Of a stretch of 64,000 nt of DNA, positions 37,529-46,411 are shown in pieces. Positions within the stretch are counted from its first letter, which is position 1. Each line of letters opens with the position of its first letter. This DNA comes from an uncultured Clostridiaceae bacterium (lineage in GTDB: Bacteria > Bacillota > Clostridia > TANB77 > CAG-508): NCBI GenBank assembly GCA_946493085.1, contig CAMMAC010000003.1, positions 452-64,451 of the forward strand, given 5' to 3'. The notes beneath the pieces are model-generated. The model was given only the letters and a program-made list of their open reading frames with translations, did not search any database and was not told the origin of the DNA. Position numbers and translations under genes: made by a program.

Positions 37529-38815
37529 ATGATTGATATTAAATTGTTAAGAGAAAATCCTGATTTAGTAAAGGAAAATATCAGGAAGAAATTTCAAGAC
37601 CACAAATTGGTCTTAGTGGATGAGGTACTTTCTTTAGATGAGCAAAACAGAAGTATTAAATTAAAAGGTGACGAGCTTCGTTCCTCTCGTAACAGTTTAA
37701 GTGCCAAAATAGGCTCTCTTATGAAGGAAGGCAAAAAAGAAGAAGCGGAAGAAATTAAAAAACAAGTACAAAAAATAAACGAAGAACTTGCTTCTAATGA
37801 AAAGGAAGAAGCAAAACTTGCAACAGAAGTAAAAGAAAGAATGATGAAAATCCCTAACATCATTCATGAATCTGTTCCTATTGGAAAAGATGACAGCGAA
37901 AATGTGGAAATTCAAAAATACGGAGAACCAGTGGTTCCAGATTATGAAATTCCTTTCCACGGAGAAATTTTGGAAAGATTAGGTGGGCTTGATTTAGACT
38001 CTGCTCGCCGTGTAGCTGGAAATGGTTTTTACTATTTAATGGGAGATGTAGCTAGACTTCATTCTGCAGTGCTTACTTATGCTAGAGATTTTATGATTAA
38101 TAAGGGATTTACTTATTGTATTCCTCCTTATATGATTCGTAGTGATGTAGTAACTGGTGTTATGAGTTTTGAAGAGATGGATGCTATGATGTACAAAATT
38201 GAAGGAGAAGATTTGTATTTGATTGGTACTTCTGAGCATTCTATGATTGGTAAATTTAAAGACCAAATTTTAAAAGAATCAGATCTACCTTATACCATGA
38301 CTTCTTATTCTCCTTGCTTTAGGAAGGAAAAGGGTGCTCATGGTATAGAAGAACGTGGCGTGTATCGTATTCATCAATTTGAAAAGCAAGAAATGATTGT
38401 TGTTTGTAAGCCAGAAGAAAGCTATGAATGGTATGACAAAATGTGGTCTTATACCATAGAGTTATTTAGGAGTATGGGAATTCCTGTACGTACTTTAGAA
38501 TGTTGTAGTGGCGACTTAGCAGATTTAAAAGCCAAAAGCTGTGATGTAGAAGCTTGGAGCCCTAGACAACAAAAATATTTTGAAGTAGGAAGTTGTTCTA
38601 ATTTAACAGATGCACAAGCAAGACGTCTTGGCATTCGTATTAAAGGTGAAAAAGGTAATTATTTTGCACATACTTTAAATAATACAGTAGTAGCACCACC
38701 TCGTATGTTAATTTCTATCGTAGAAAATAATTATCAGCCAGATGGAAGTGTCATTGTTCCTGAAGTATTAAGACCTTATATGGGCGGATTAGAGAAAATA
38801 ACTCCTAAAAAATAA
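37529..38815 (+). CDS. serS: Seryl-tRNA synthetase
   Basis: Start MIDIKLLRENPDLV. N-terminal coiled coil. Class II motifs (FRKEKGAHG.., YRIHQFEKQE, GSCSN..DAQARRL). Confidence 0.93.
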   Translation: MIDIKLLRENPDLVKENIRKKFQDHKLVLVDEVLSLDEQNRSIKLKGDELRSSRNSLSAKIGSLMKEGKKEEAEEIKKQVQKINEELASNEKEEAKLATEVKERMMKIPNIIHESVPIGKDDSENVEIQKYGEPVVPDYEIPFHGEILERLGGLDLDSARRVAGNGFYYLMGDVARLHSAVLTYARDFMINKGFTYCIPPYMIRSDVVTGVMSFEEMDAMMYKIEGEDLYLIGTSEHSMIGKFKDQILKESDLPYTMTSYSPCFRKEKGAHGIEERGVYRIHQFEKQEMIVVCKPEESYEWYDKMWSYTIELFRSMGIPVRTLECCSGDLADLKAKSCDVEAWSPRQQKYFEVGSCSNLTDAQARRLGIRIKGEKGNYFAHTLNNTVVAPPRMLISIVENNYQPDGSVIVPEVLRPYMGGLEKITPKK

Positions 38816-38858
38816 AGAAAGGCGTTTCGTGTTTTGCGTAAACGAATAGGATAGAAAT

Positions 38859-39443
38859 ATGCTTATTAAAAATCCTAAATTTCAAATTTCTGCTGTTTCA
38901 CCAGCACAATATCCGAAAGACGGGCTTCCTCAAGTTGTTTTAGTAGGAAAATCTAATGTAGGAAAATCTTCTTTTATTAATACATTAGTTAACCGCAAAA
39001 ATTTAGCAAGAACTAGCAGTGAACCTGGTAAAACAAGACAGATTAATTTTTATAATATGGATAACTCCTTTTATTTTGTAGATTTACCCGGATATGGTTA
39101 CAGTAAAATGTCTAAACAAGAACAAGTAAAAGTAGGACAATTTATTGAGCAGTATTTATCTCAAAGTAAAGAAATTGCTTTGATTATTTTTCTCATAGAT
39201 ATTCGTCACAGTCCTACAGAAAATGACAAATTGATGTACCGTTACATTGTAGACCAACAAAAGCCATGTATGATTATTGCAAATAAAGCGGACAAAATTG
39301 CCGTTACCAAAGTAGATTCCCAAGTAAAAGTTTTGCAAGAGGAACTAAATCCTTTAAAGGATTTACCTTTTCTTCCATTTTCCGCAGAAAGAAGAATTTA
39401 TACAGACGCTGTATGGAAAGAAATGGAAAAGTTTTTAGTATAA
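38859..39443 (+). CDS. engB: Ribosome biogenesis GTPase YsxC/EngB
   Basis: 194 aa. G1 GKSNVGKSS, G3 DLPGYGY, G4 NKADK. Confidence 0.9.
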   Translation: MLIKNPKFQISAVSPAQYPKDGLPQVVLVGKSNVGKSSFINTLVNRKNLARTSSEPGKTRQINFYNMDNSFYFVDLPGYGYSKMSKQEQVKVGQFIEQYLSQSKEIALIIFLIDIRHSPTENDKLMYRYIVDQQKPCMIIANKADKIAVTKVDSQVKVLQEELNPLKDLPFLPFSAERRIYTDAVWKEMEKFLV

Positions 39444-39452
39444 ATTTAAGCC

Positions 39453-39495
39453 AAAAGAAGCATACCCACCTTTACGGTAGTATGCTTCCTTTGTT
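39453..39495 (+). terminator. Terminator after engB
   Basis: Hairpin gaagcatac / gtatgcttc followed by a T-rich tract. Confidence 0.55.
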
Positions 39496-39511
39496 CTAAG
39501 GCATAGACGCC

Positions 39512-40594
39512 TTATTTTGATAAGAGGACATATCCTCTATGCTTACCTCTCCTTTCCACGACATTGTTGCTCAATAAATACTTGATATTCGCAACAATAT
39601 CTCTTTCTTTTTCCAGAGGCATATTGCTCTTCATCATGCTTACATTAGCTCCAGGATGTTTAGAGAGGAAGTAGATCATCCTGCTTTCCAAGTAGACGAG
39701 GTATTTATCCTCTTCTACTTTTTTGATACAATCACTCTCCACCAACTCCTGAAGTAATTGATTTACAAGTTCCTCCGAGAACATCTTTTTTAGACGTTCT
39801 CCCTTAAAGTACTCGGAAGACATGATTTCGTCCAGAATAAGATGATACTCCTCCTTTTCGTATATGTCACTATACGGATAGGATAGGTGTGAAGGCCTCC
39901 ACATACCTTTTTGTGTTTGCACTACCAAACCTTCTTCTTTCAGTTCAGCAAGTGCTTTTTCGATGGCTCTTTCACTAAACTTTGTGACTTCTTTCAAATA
40001 GAAAATAGATACTTCTTGTACCATATTTCCTAAGAAAGACATGATACTTTGCTTTACAGCAGTTCCCATGCACATTGGTTGTTCTTTTAATTCTTCGATA
40101 ACAACCTTTTTCCAGACTCCTCTACTCACCTTTTCGATTTGTCCTTCTTTTTGTAATTCGTTCAAGATATGCCATACATTTGCCTCCGTTAGACCTAAGG
40201 TTTCTTTTATCTCCTTATTTTCCCACTGCTCTTTTCTTTGAAAGAGCCTCAACACTTGCTGCTTTCGTGACAACTGACTTATTTCTTTATCCACAAAAAG
40301 ATAAGTGCCATCGTCGTCATCTTCTTCCTCCTGTACTTCCGTAGGGACCTCTAAAATCTCCGGTTGCTTTTCTTCTTTTTCTGTATCTCCTTCGTAATGG
40401 AAAGAAAGAGAATCCATCCTTTCATTCCGGATAAAGCTTTTCAAAATTTGAATTACAACGTCTGCATCCAAATCTGTAGCAAACTCTACTGGATGTTGCA
40501 AACCTTTTAATTCAAATCCAAAGCTTTGCTCTATTGCTTCTTTGAGCATTTTACTTGCTTCTCTTGTCCGGGCTGAAATAGTAACCTTGTTCAT
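39512..40594 (-). CDS. Hypothetical protein with two winged-helix-like segments
   Basis: Start MNKVTISARTREAS behind RBS aggagga. Segments ..LGLTEANVWHILNELQKEGQIEKVSRGVWKK.. and ..AIEKALAELKEEGLVVQTQKGMWRP.. look like wHTH. G+C is higher than the surroundings. Contains the only two uninterrupted in-frame CGG codons in the window. Confidence 0.5.
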   Translation of the reverse strand: MNKVTISARTREASKMLKEAIEQSFGFELKGLQHPVEFATDLDADVVIQILKSFIRNERMDSLSFHYEGDTEKEEKQPEILEVPTEVQEEEDDDDGTYLFVDKEISQLSRKQQVLRLFQRKEQWENKEIKETLGLTEANVWHILNELQKEGQIEKVSRGVWKKVVIEELKEQPMCMGTAVKQSIMSFLGNMVQEVSIFYLKEVTKFSERAIEKALAELKEEGLVVQTQKGMWRPSHLSYPYSDIYEKEEYHLILDEIMSSEYFKGERLKKMFSEELVNQLLQELVESDCIKKVEEDKYLVYLESRMIYFLSKHPGANVSMMKSNMPLEKERDIVANIKYLLSNNVVERRGKHRGYVLLSK

Positions 40595-40675
40595 TTTATA
40601 TCCTCCTATCATTTTTCGTTGGATTGATTTTTCCAACGACATCCAAATTTTGGGTCTTCTATCATTATAGCATAA

Positions 40676-42340
40676 TCATTGTAATTTGTCTACATAATGG
40701 TTGATTTCGTAATAGATACCATACCTCCCATAATGCTCCACCTGATATTCTTTTTCCTCCAATTCCTGTATAAAACTTTTCACCTCTTCCTCTGTCTCTT
40801 CTTCACAAATTACATAAATGCTATTGTCTTGCACCTCTTCTGGTAGTTCAAACTCGTACCTGCCAAAGGCATAATTATTATTCCAACCATCTATGGTATT
40901 TTCTCTTTTCCCCTCATTAAATTCATAAGGAGAAATTTGCATGGCATATAAAACATAAATCCAAGGCTGATGTATATTCAAATGCATATATACTGTTTTG
41001 TTTTTATCTAGCTTCTGTATTTCTCTACTTAAAGGTATTACATCTTCATTTACTAAATCTATTTGTGGATAGTCTTTTTCATATTGGCAAAAATAGTATT
41101 GAAAAAAGCAAATTGCCACAACAAAGTATAGAATACTAATCCCCACAAACCCTATTTTAAAATAATGATACAAATTTTTTAAAGATAGAAAAATGAAATA
41201 AAGTAGTGCTATGTAAATAGAATTGATTTTATTTACATTTACGCTGGTAAGTAGCATGAGTACCATATTGGCAAGCCATAAAAATAGGAAGATACTACTC
41301 ATAGAGAACTTTCTTTTCTGGATAGATATTACTGTATCTTTGATAGCTATTCCTATTCCCACTATTGCTAGTGGAATGGCAAATAAATAGATGGTTCCGA
41401 ACTGTGGAATCGCATTATACACAAAACTTCCTGCTGTTAAGATGGTAAAAAATTGTCCTAGATTTCCCCAAATATTAGCAAAATTCAATTCTCCTGTGCG
41501 GAAATCCGGCAACTTTAAAATACTGATGGCTCCATCTATTTGCTCTAAATATCCCATATTCACGAGTAGCATCCAAATTAAAGGAATGGCTAAAATAACA
41601 ATCGGTATCGCCATAAAAAGAATATTTTTCCACCTTGCTTTTTTTACATAGAGCATATAACTACTGCTGAATAACAAGAAAACAGGAAGGATGATATAAG
41701 ATAAAGCATAAGTGTATAGAGTAATACCAAAAGAAACTCCGGCTAGTATATACTGCCACCACTTTTTACTCACTACCAATAAGGTGATAGAAATCATTAT
41801 CATAGAAGATAGTAAATTACAATCTAAGCCAAATCGGGATTGCATCACATGCCAAGGGCAAATTATCATTAGTAGCATAAAGACAAATCCCCATCGAACA
41901 CCATGCGTTTTCTGAATAAGGAAAAAACCTGCTAAAATAGATGTTAAACTCAAAATAACTCCTGGCAAACGAATAGCTAGCGTATTTAAACCTAATATTT
42001 TTACCATAATGGCTGCTAAGTAGGTATATAAGGCACTTTGCCCTCCACCAAAATTAATCATATACACAGGGAAATGATGCAAATATCTATCTACTCCATA
42101 ATTAGCAATGCAAAAAGCATCATACCCCATTCCCACTTCATCTACATGCAATCCATTTAGTAACTCTTCTATTTTATAGAGTCTTGTAAAAACGGCAAAG
42201 CAAACCAAAATAATTCCAACAACCACATTTATTTTTGGATGCCCCTTTCTTTTGCTCACTAATTGATGAGAAACTTGTTTCTTCCTTTTTATAAAATTTA
42301 TAAAACTAATGCATAAGCAAATTCCTACTACAATTTGCAT
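40676..42340 (-). CDS. GT-C fold glycosyltransferase (ArnT/PMT family 39-like) membrane protein
   Basis: 554 aa with more than 10 TM segments. The first loop carries an acidic motif (HVDEVGMGYDA). Soluble C-terminal domain. Confidence 0.6.
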   Translation of the reverse strand: MQIVVGICLCISFINFIKRKKQVSHQLVSKRKGHPKINVVVGIILVCFAVFTRLYKIEELLNGLHVDEVGMGYDAFCIANYGVDRYLHHFPVYMINFGGGQSALYTYLAAIMVKILGLNTLAIRLPGVILSLTSILAGFFLIQKTHGVRWGFVFMLLMIICPWHVMQSRFGLDCNLLSSMIMISITLLVVSKKWWQYILAGVSFGITLYTYALSYIILPVFLLFSSSYMLYVKKARWKNILFMAIPIVILAIPLIWMLLVNMGYLEQIDGAISILKLPDFRTGELNFANIWGNLGQFFTILTAGSFVYNAIPQFGTIYLFAIPLAIVGIGIAIKDTVISIQKRKFSMSSIFLFLWLANMVLMLLTSVNVNKINSIYIALLYFIFLSLKNLYHYFKIGFVGISILYFVVAICFFQYYFCQYEKDYPQIDLVNEDVIPLSREIQKLDKNKTVYMHLNIHQPWIYVLYAMQISPYEFNEGKRENTIDGWNNNYAFGRYEFELPEEVQDNSIYVICEEETEEEVKSFIQELEEKEYQVEHYGRYGIYYEINHYVDKLQ

Positions 42341-42554
42341 TTTAAAACCTAGTCCTTTCTAAGCTACTTCTAACGATAAAAACATTTTTAAGCTATTTCT
42401 TTTAGCTTACTATATCGCTTTTTTCTCCCCTACTTTTTACTTTTCTCTAACAAATTTCTTATATTTTGTTTACAAAATTCTTACGTTTTTCTTACATTTG
42501 TTGTAGGGAATCCTACTTTTATGTTACAATACTGCTGAAAGGACGAGATAAACT

Positions 42555-43241
42555 ATGAGTTATGCGGTTTTAGTATTAGATGACGAAAAAGAAATTGCTG
42601 ATTTAGTGGAAGTTTATTTAAAAAATGAAAATTTTACGGTATATAAATTTTATGATTCTAAAGAAGCTTTAAAATGTATAGAAGAAAAACACTTAGATAT
42701 GGCTATTTTAGATGTCATGTTACCAGATATAGATGGTTTTGCTATTTGCCGTGAAATTAGAAAAAAATATCATTATCCCATTTTAATGTTAACGGCTAAG
42801 GTAGATGATATTTCTAAAATTCAAGGATTGTCTATTGGAGCAGACGATTATATGACAAAACCCTTTAATCCCTTAGAATTAGTAGCTAGGGTAAAGTCTG
42901 CCATGCGTAGATACTATCAATATAATACAGAAAAAGAAAATAAAAATGTGATAGAATTTTTAGGCTTATATGTGAACAAAGAAAACCACAAATGCACTTT
43001 ATATAACCAAGAAATTAATTTAACGCCTATTGAATTTTCTATTCTTTGGTATTTATGCCAAAATCGAGGCAGAGTGGTGAGTAGTGAAGAACTTTTTTCT
43101 AATGTTTGGGGAGAAAAGTATTTAGATTGTAATAATACGGTTATGGTACATATCAAAAGGCTACGTGAAAAATTACAGGAAAAGCCTAAAAATCCAAAAT
43201 TTATTAAAACAGTTTGGGGTGTGGGATATGAAATCGAATAA
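42555..43241 (+). CDS. OmpR-family response regulator (VanR-like)
   Basis: 228 aa. Receiver domain (VLDDEKEIADLVEVYLKNE..., D at ILDVMLP, TAK, ADDYMTKPF) and winged-helix output (KFIKTVWGVGYEI). Confidence 0.9.
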   Translation: MSYAVLVLDDEKEIADLVEVYLKNENFTVYKFYDSKEALKCIEEKHLDMAILDVMLPDIDGFAICREIRKKYHYPILMLTAKVDDISKIQGLSIGADDYMTKPFNPLELVARVKSAMRRYYQYNTEKENKNVIEFLGLYVNKENHKCTLYNQEINLTPIEFSILWYLCQNRGRVVSSEELFSNVWGEKYLDCNNTVMVHIKRLREKLQEKPKNPKFIKTVWGVGYEIE

Positions 43242-44364
43242 AAAACAAACTTTATGGGAAAAAATACGTAAAAATTTCTTTTTAAGAATTTTGATTTTTA
43301 CTGCTATTTTTCTTCTTGTTCTTCTTGCTATGGCACAAATTATCTCTCTTTTGGACTTTCAGTGGGTATATGATGTTCTGCCCGAAGTATATTATGAAGC
43401 TTTATGGCTTTTTAGTTTTTTATTTGACGGAACACAGCCCTATGCTATGCTTATCATCCTTTTCATTTGCCTGATTCTGATACTGGGTATTGCCTTTTTA
43501 TCTTATCGTTTGCTAAAAAAGACCTATTCCTATATTTCTGCCCTAGAAATTGCATCTTCTCAGTTGCTAGACAAAAACATAGAATACATCCAACTTCCAG
43601 CAGAGCTTGCAGATATTAGCACACAGATGAACCATTTAAAACATGAGGCAGAAAAAAATGAGCGACTAGCCAAAGAGAGTGAGCAAAAAAAGAATGATTT
43701 AATTGTTTATCTAGCTCACGACTTAAAAACACCACTTACCTCTGTCATTGGCTATTTAGAATTGTTAAAAGAAACTCCTGATTTACCAATGGAGCAACGC
43801 GTAAAATACACAAATATCACTTTGGAAAAAGCTTATCGCTTAGAAGATTTAATGAATGAATTTTTTGAAATTGCTAAATTTAATGATACCAATCTAGTTT
43901 TAATGAAAAAAAATTTAAACTTAAAATTCTTGCTACAACAATTAATTGATGAATTTTATCCTGTAACCAATGAGCAAGGAAAGAAAATTATCATTCATTG
44001 TGAAGATAATCTTACTTGTTTGGCTGACCCGGATAAATTATCTAGAGTTTTGAATAACGTCATCAAAAATGCTATTTCTTATAGCTTTGAGCATACAAAC
44101 ATTATCATTCATGTTACTTGCATAAATGAGGAAATCTCTATTTCTATACAAAATGAAGGGTATACCATTCCAGAAAATAAACTAAATTCTATTTTTGAAA
44201 AATTCTATCGTTTAGACGACTCTCGTGGGACACATACAGGTGGTGCAGGGCTTGGACTTGCCATTGCAAAAGAAATTATTACTTTGCATGGTGGCAATAT
44301 TCGAGCAGAAAGCAAAGATAACCAAACTACCTTTGTGATAACTTTTCCTCAGTACAAAAGATAA
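43228..44364 (+). CDS. Sensor histidine kinase (VanS-like)
   Basis: The ATG overlaps the response-regulator stop. Two TM segments. H-box LAHDLKTPLTSVIGYLELL, N-box NVIKNAISYS, G-box GGAGLGLAI. Confidence 0.88.
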   Translation: MKSNKKQTLWEKIRKNFFLRILIFTAIFLLVLLAMAQIISLLDFQWVYDVLPEVYYEALWLFSFLFDGTQPYAMLIILFICLILILGIAFLSYRLLKKTYSYISALEIASSQLLDKNIEYIQLPAELADISTQMNHLKHEAEKNERLAKESEQKKNDLIVYLAHDLKTPLTSVIGYLELLKETPDLPMEQRVKYTNITLEKAYRLEDLMNEFFEIAKFNDTNLVLMKKNLNLKFLLQQLIDEFYPVTNEQGKKIIIHCEDNLTCLADPDKLSRVLNNVIKNAISYSFEHTNIIIHVTCINEEISISIQNEGYTIPENKLNSIFEKFYRLDDSRGTHTGGAGLGLAIAKEIITLHGGNIRAESKDNQTTFVITFPQYKR

Positions 44365-44400
44365 GAGTCTAACTTTAGTTAAGAGATTTTTTAATAATAA

Positions 44401-44463
44401 AAGAAGACCTGCAAATTTTATAGAACCTTGTGTTTTCTTCCTATAAAATCTGCAGGCTTCTTC
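44401..44463. terminator. Bidirectional terminator between the kinase gene and the DUF951 gene
   Basis: Long hairpin gaagacctgcaaattttatag / ctataaaatctgcaggcttc. Confidence 0.6.
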
Positions 44464-44504
44464 TCGCTATTCACTTTAATAAAAAGAAGTACGCTATTTT
44501 CCTT

Positions 44505-44705
44505 TTAGCTATTTTCTTTGTTGTCTTCTATTTTTTTCGTAATCATTTTTAGTGCTTTTGGTCTTTCTACTGTAATCACATGTCCACACCCTAAACATTT
44601 TAGTTTAAAGTCTACACCTACTCTTGTAATCTCCCAGAGTTTACTACCACAAGGATGTTGTTTTTTGGTTCTTACAATATCTCTTATTTTGTACTCCATC
44701 CTCAT
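44505..44705 (-). CDS. DUF951-family small protein
   Basis: 66 aa. Contains ..DIVRTKKQHPCGSKLWEITRVGVDFKLKCLGCGHVI.., the pattern typical of YyzM/DUF951. Confidence 0.7.
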   Translation of the reverse strand: MRMEYKIRDIVRTKKQHPCGSKLWEITRVGVDFKLKCLGCGHVITVERPKALKMITKKIEDNKENS

Positions 44706-44736
44706 CCATCCTTTTCTTCTATTTTTACCTTATTTT

Positions 44737-46395
44737 CTATTTTAAGAATTCTTGTGCCTTTTCTAATCTTTTTATCACACTTTCTTTTCCTAGTACTTGC
44801 ATAATTTCATACATATCTGGAGTGTTTGTTCTACCAGTTAAAGCTACTCTAATGACTGTACTTACATCTCCTACATGCCCTGGCCATTTTTCTGGCTCTT
44901 TTTTCCACTCTTTTACTTCTCTTGCAAAACCAGTTTCTTCTGCTAAATCTTTTATTTTATCAAACCAAGTTTGCTTGTCGTCTTCTGGTGCATAATAGTT
45001 TTGTATGTATTTTTGCAAAATTTCTTTCACTTTTTCCGGATCTGCTATTTTTTGATAGGGATATTCTATTTCTCTTCCAAAGAATTCACTATCATACATA
45101 TACTCTATATTTTCTTTTACATCTGACCACTTGCTAATGTCTTTTCTAGGTTTTACATTTCCTCTTTCTATACCAAATACCTTTAAAGCGTAGTCTTTAT
45201 CTTGCAATAGATTTTTTAGTTCTTCATCATAATTTTCTGCCCACTTATATGCTTCTTCATAAATATGTTCTGCTGTATATTTAGAAATAACTGTTTTAGC
45301 AATATCCAATATTTTTACAATATCAAATAAAGCACCACTTACGCTCATTTTATTTAGCTGTAGTTCAAAATCATCTAAAGAAGCATCTGGATTCTGCTTT
45401 CTCCATGCCTCAAAATTAGAATTCGCAATATTTAGTAAATATTCAATTACTGCTTCTTTTGGAATTCCCATTTCTGTATAATAGCTAACTGCTGCTTCTG
45501 GGTCTTTACGTTTGCTAAGCTTTCTTTTTCCTCCGTCTTCTTCTTTCATAATAGGTGCAATATGTGCATATTTTGGTGCTTTAAAACCTAACATTTGGAA
45601 TAATTGCAAATGAAGTGGTACAGAAGATAGCCATTCATCTCCACGAATTACATGGGTTGTTCCCATTAAATGGTCATCCACCGCATGGGCAAAATGATAG
45701 GTAGGAAGTCCATCTGCTTTAATAATAACTATATCTTGATCATTTTCTGGAAAATCTACATTCCCTTTAATTAAATCATGATGCTTTATTTTTCTATCTT
45801 CTCTACCTGGAGATTTTAAACGAATAATATAGCTTTCTCCTTTATCTATTTTTTCTGCCGCTTCTTCTACAGATAAATTTCTATATTTTGCCCACACGCC
45901 ATAATATCCAGGACGAATTTTAGCTGCCTCTTGCTTTTGTCTCATTTCTTCTAATTCTTCTGGTGTTGCAAAACATGGGTAAGCTTTTCCTTGTTCTAAT
46001 AAATATTTTGCATAAGCCTCATAAATATCTTTTCTTAAAGATTGTTTATATGGTCCATAGTTTCCTTTTTCGTGGATTTCATCCGTCATTCCTTCATCTG
46101 GCTCTAATCCAAAATCTTTTAAAGATTGCAGAATTCCTGTTACGCCATTTTCCACTTCTCTTTTTTGATCTGTATCTTCTATTCTTAAAAAGAAAACTCC
46201 ATTTGTCTGTTTTGCTACCTTTTTTGCAATGACAACCTGATATAAAGAGCCTAAATGCACAAAACCTGTTGGGCTTGGTGCATATCTTGTTACAATAGCC
46301 CCTTCTGGTAAATCTCTTTTTTTATATTTTTCTTCATAATAAGCAATTTCCTTTACATTTGGAAAAATTTTATCTGCTAACTCCTTATAATCCAT
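44737..46395 (-). CDS. gltX: Glutamyl-tRNA synthetase (long clostridial type)
   Basis: 552 aa. HIGH-like motif APSPTGFVHLG and KMSKS-like motif KLSKRK. Together with gatCAB this implies the indirect Gln/Asn-tRNA pathway. Confidence 0.88.
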   Translation of the reverse strand: MDYKELADKIFPNVKEIAYYEEKYKKRDLPEGAIVTRYAPSPTGFVHLGSLYQVVIAKKVAKQTNGVFFLRIEDTDQKREVENGVTGILQSLKDFGLEPDEGMTDEIHEKGNYGPYKQSLRKDIYEAYAKYLLEQGKAYPCFATPEELEEMRQKQEAAKIRPGYYGVWAKYRNLSVEEAAEKIDKGESYIIRLKSPGREDRKIKHHDLIKGNVDFPENDQDIVIIKADGLPTYHFAHAVDDHLMGTTHVIRGDEWLSSVPLHLQLFQMLGFKAPKYAHIAPIMKEEDGGKRKLSKRKDPEAAVSYYTEMGIPKEAVIEYLLNIANSNFEAWRKQNPDASLDDFELQLNKMSVSGALFDIVKILDIAKTVISKYTAEHIYEEAYKWAENYDEELKNLLQDKDYALKVFGIERGNVKPRKDISKWSDVKENIEYMYDSEFFGREIEYPYQKIADPEKVKEILQKYIQNYYAPEDDKQTWFDKIKDLAEETGFAREVKEWKKEPEKWPGHVGDVSTVIRVALTGRTNTPDMYEIMQVLGKESVIKRLEKAQEFLK

Positions 46396-46411
46396 ACGCT
46401 TCTTCCTTTCT

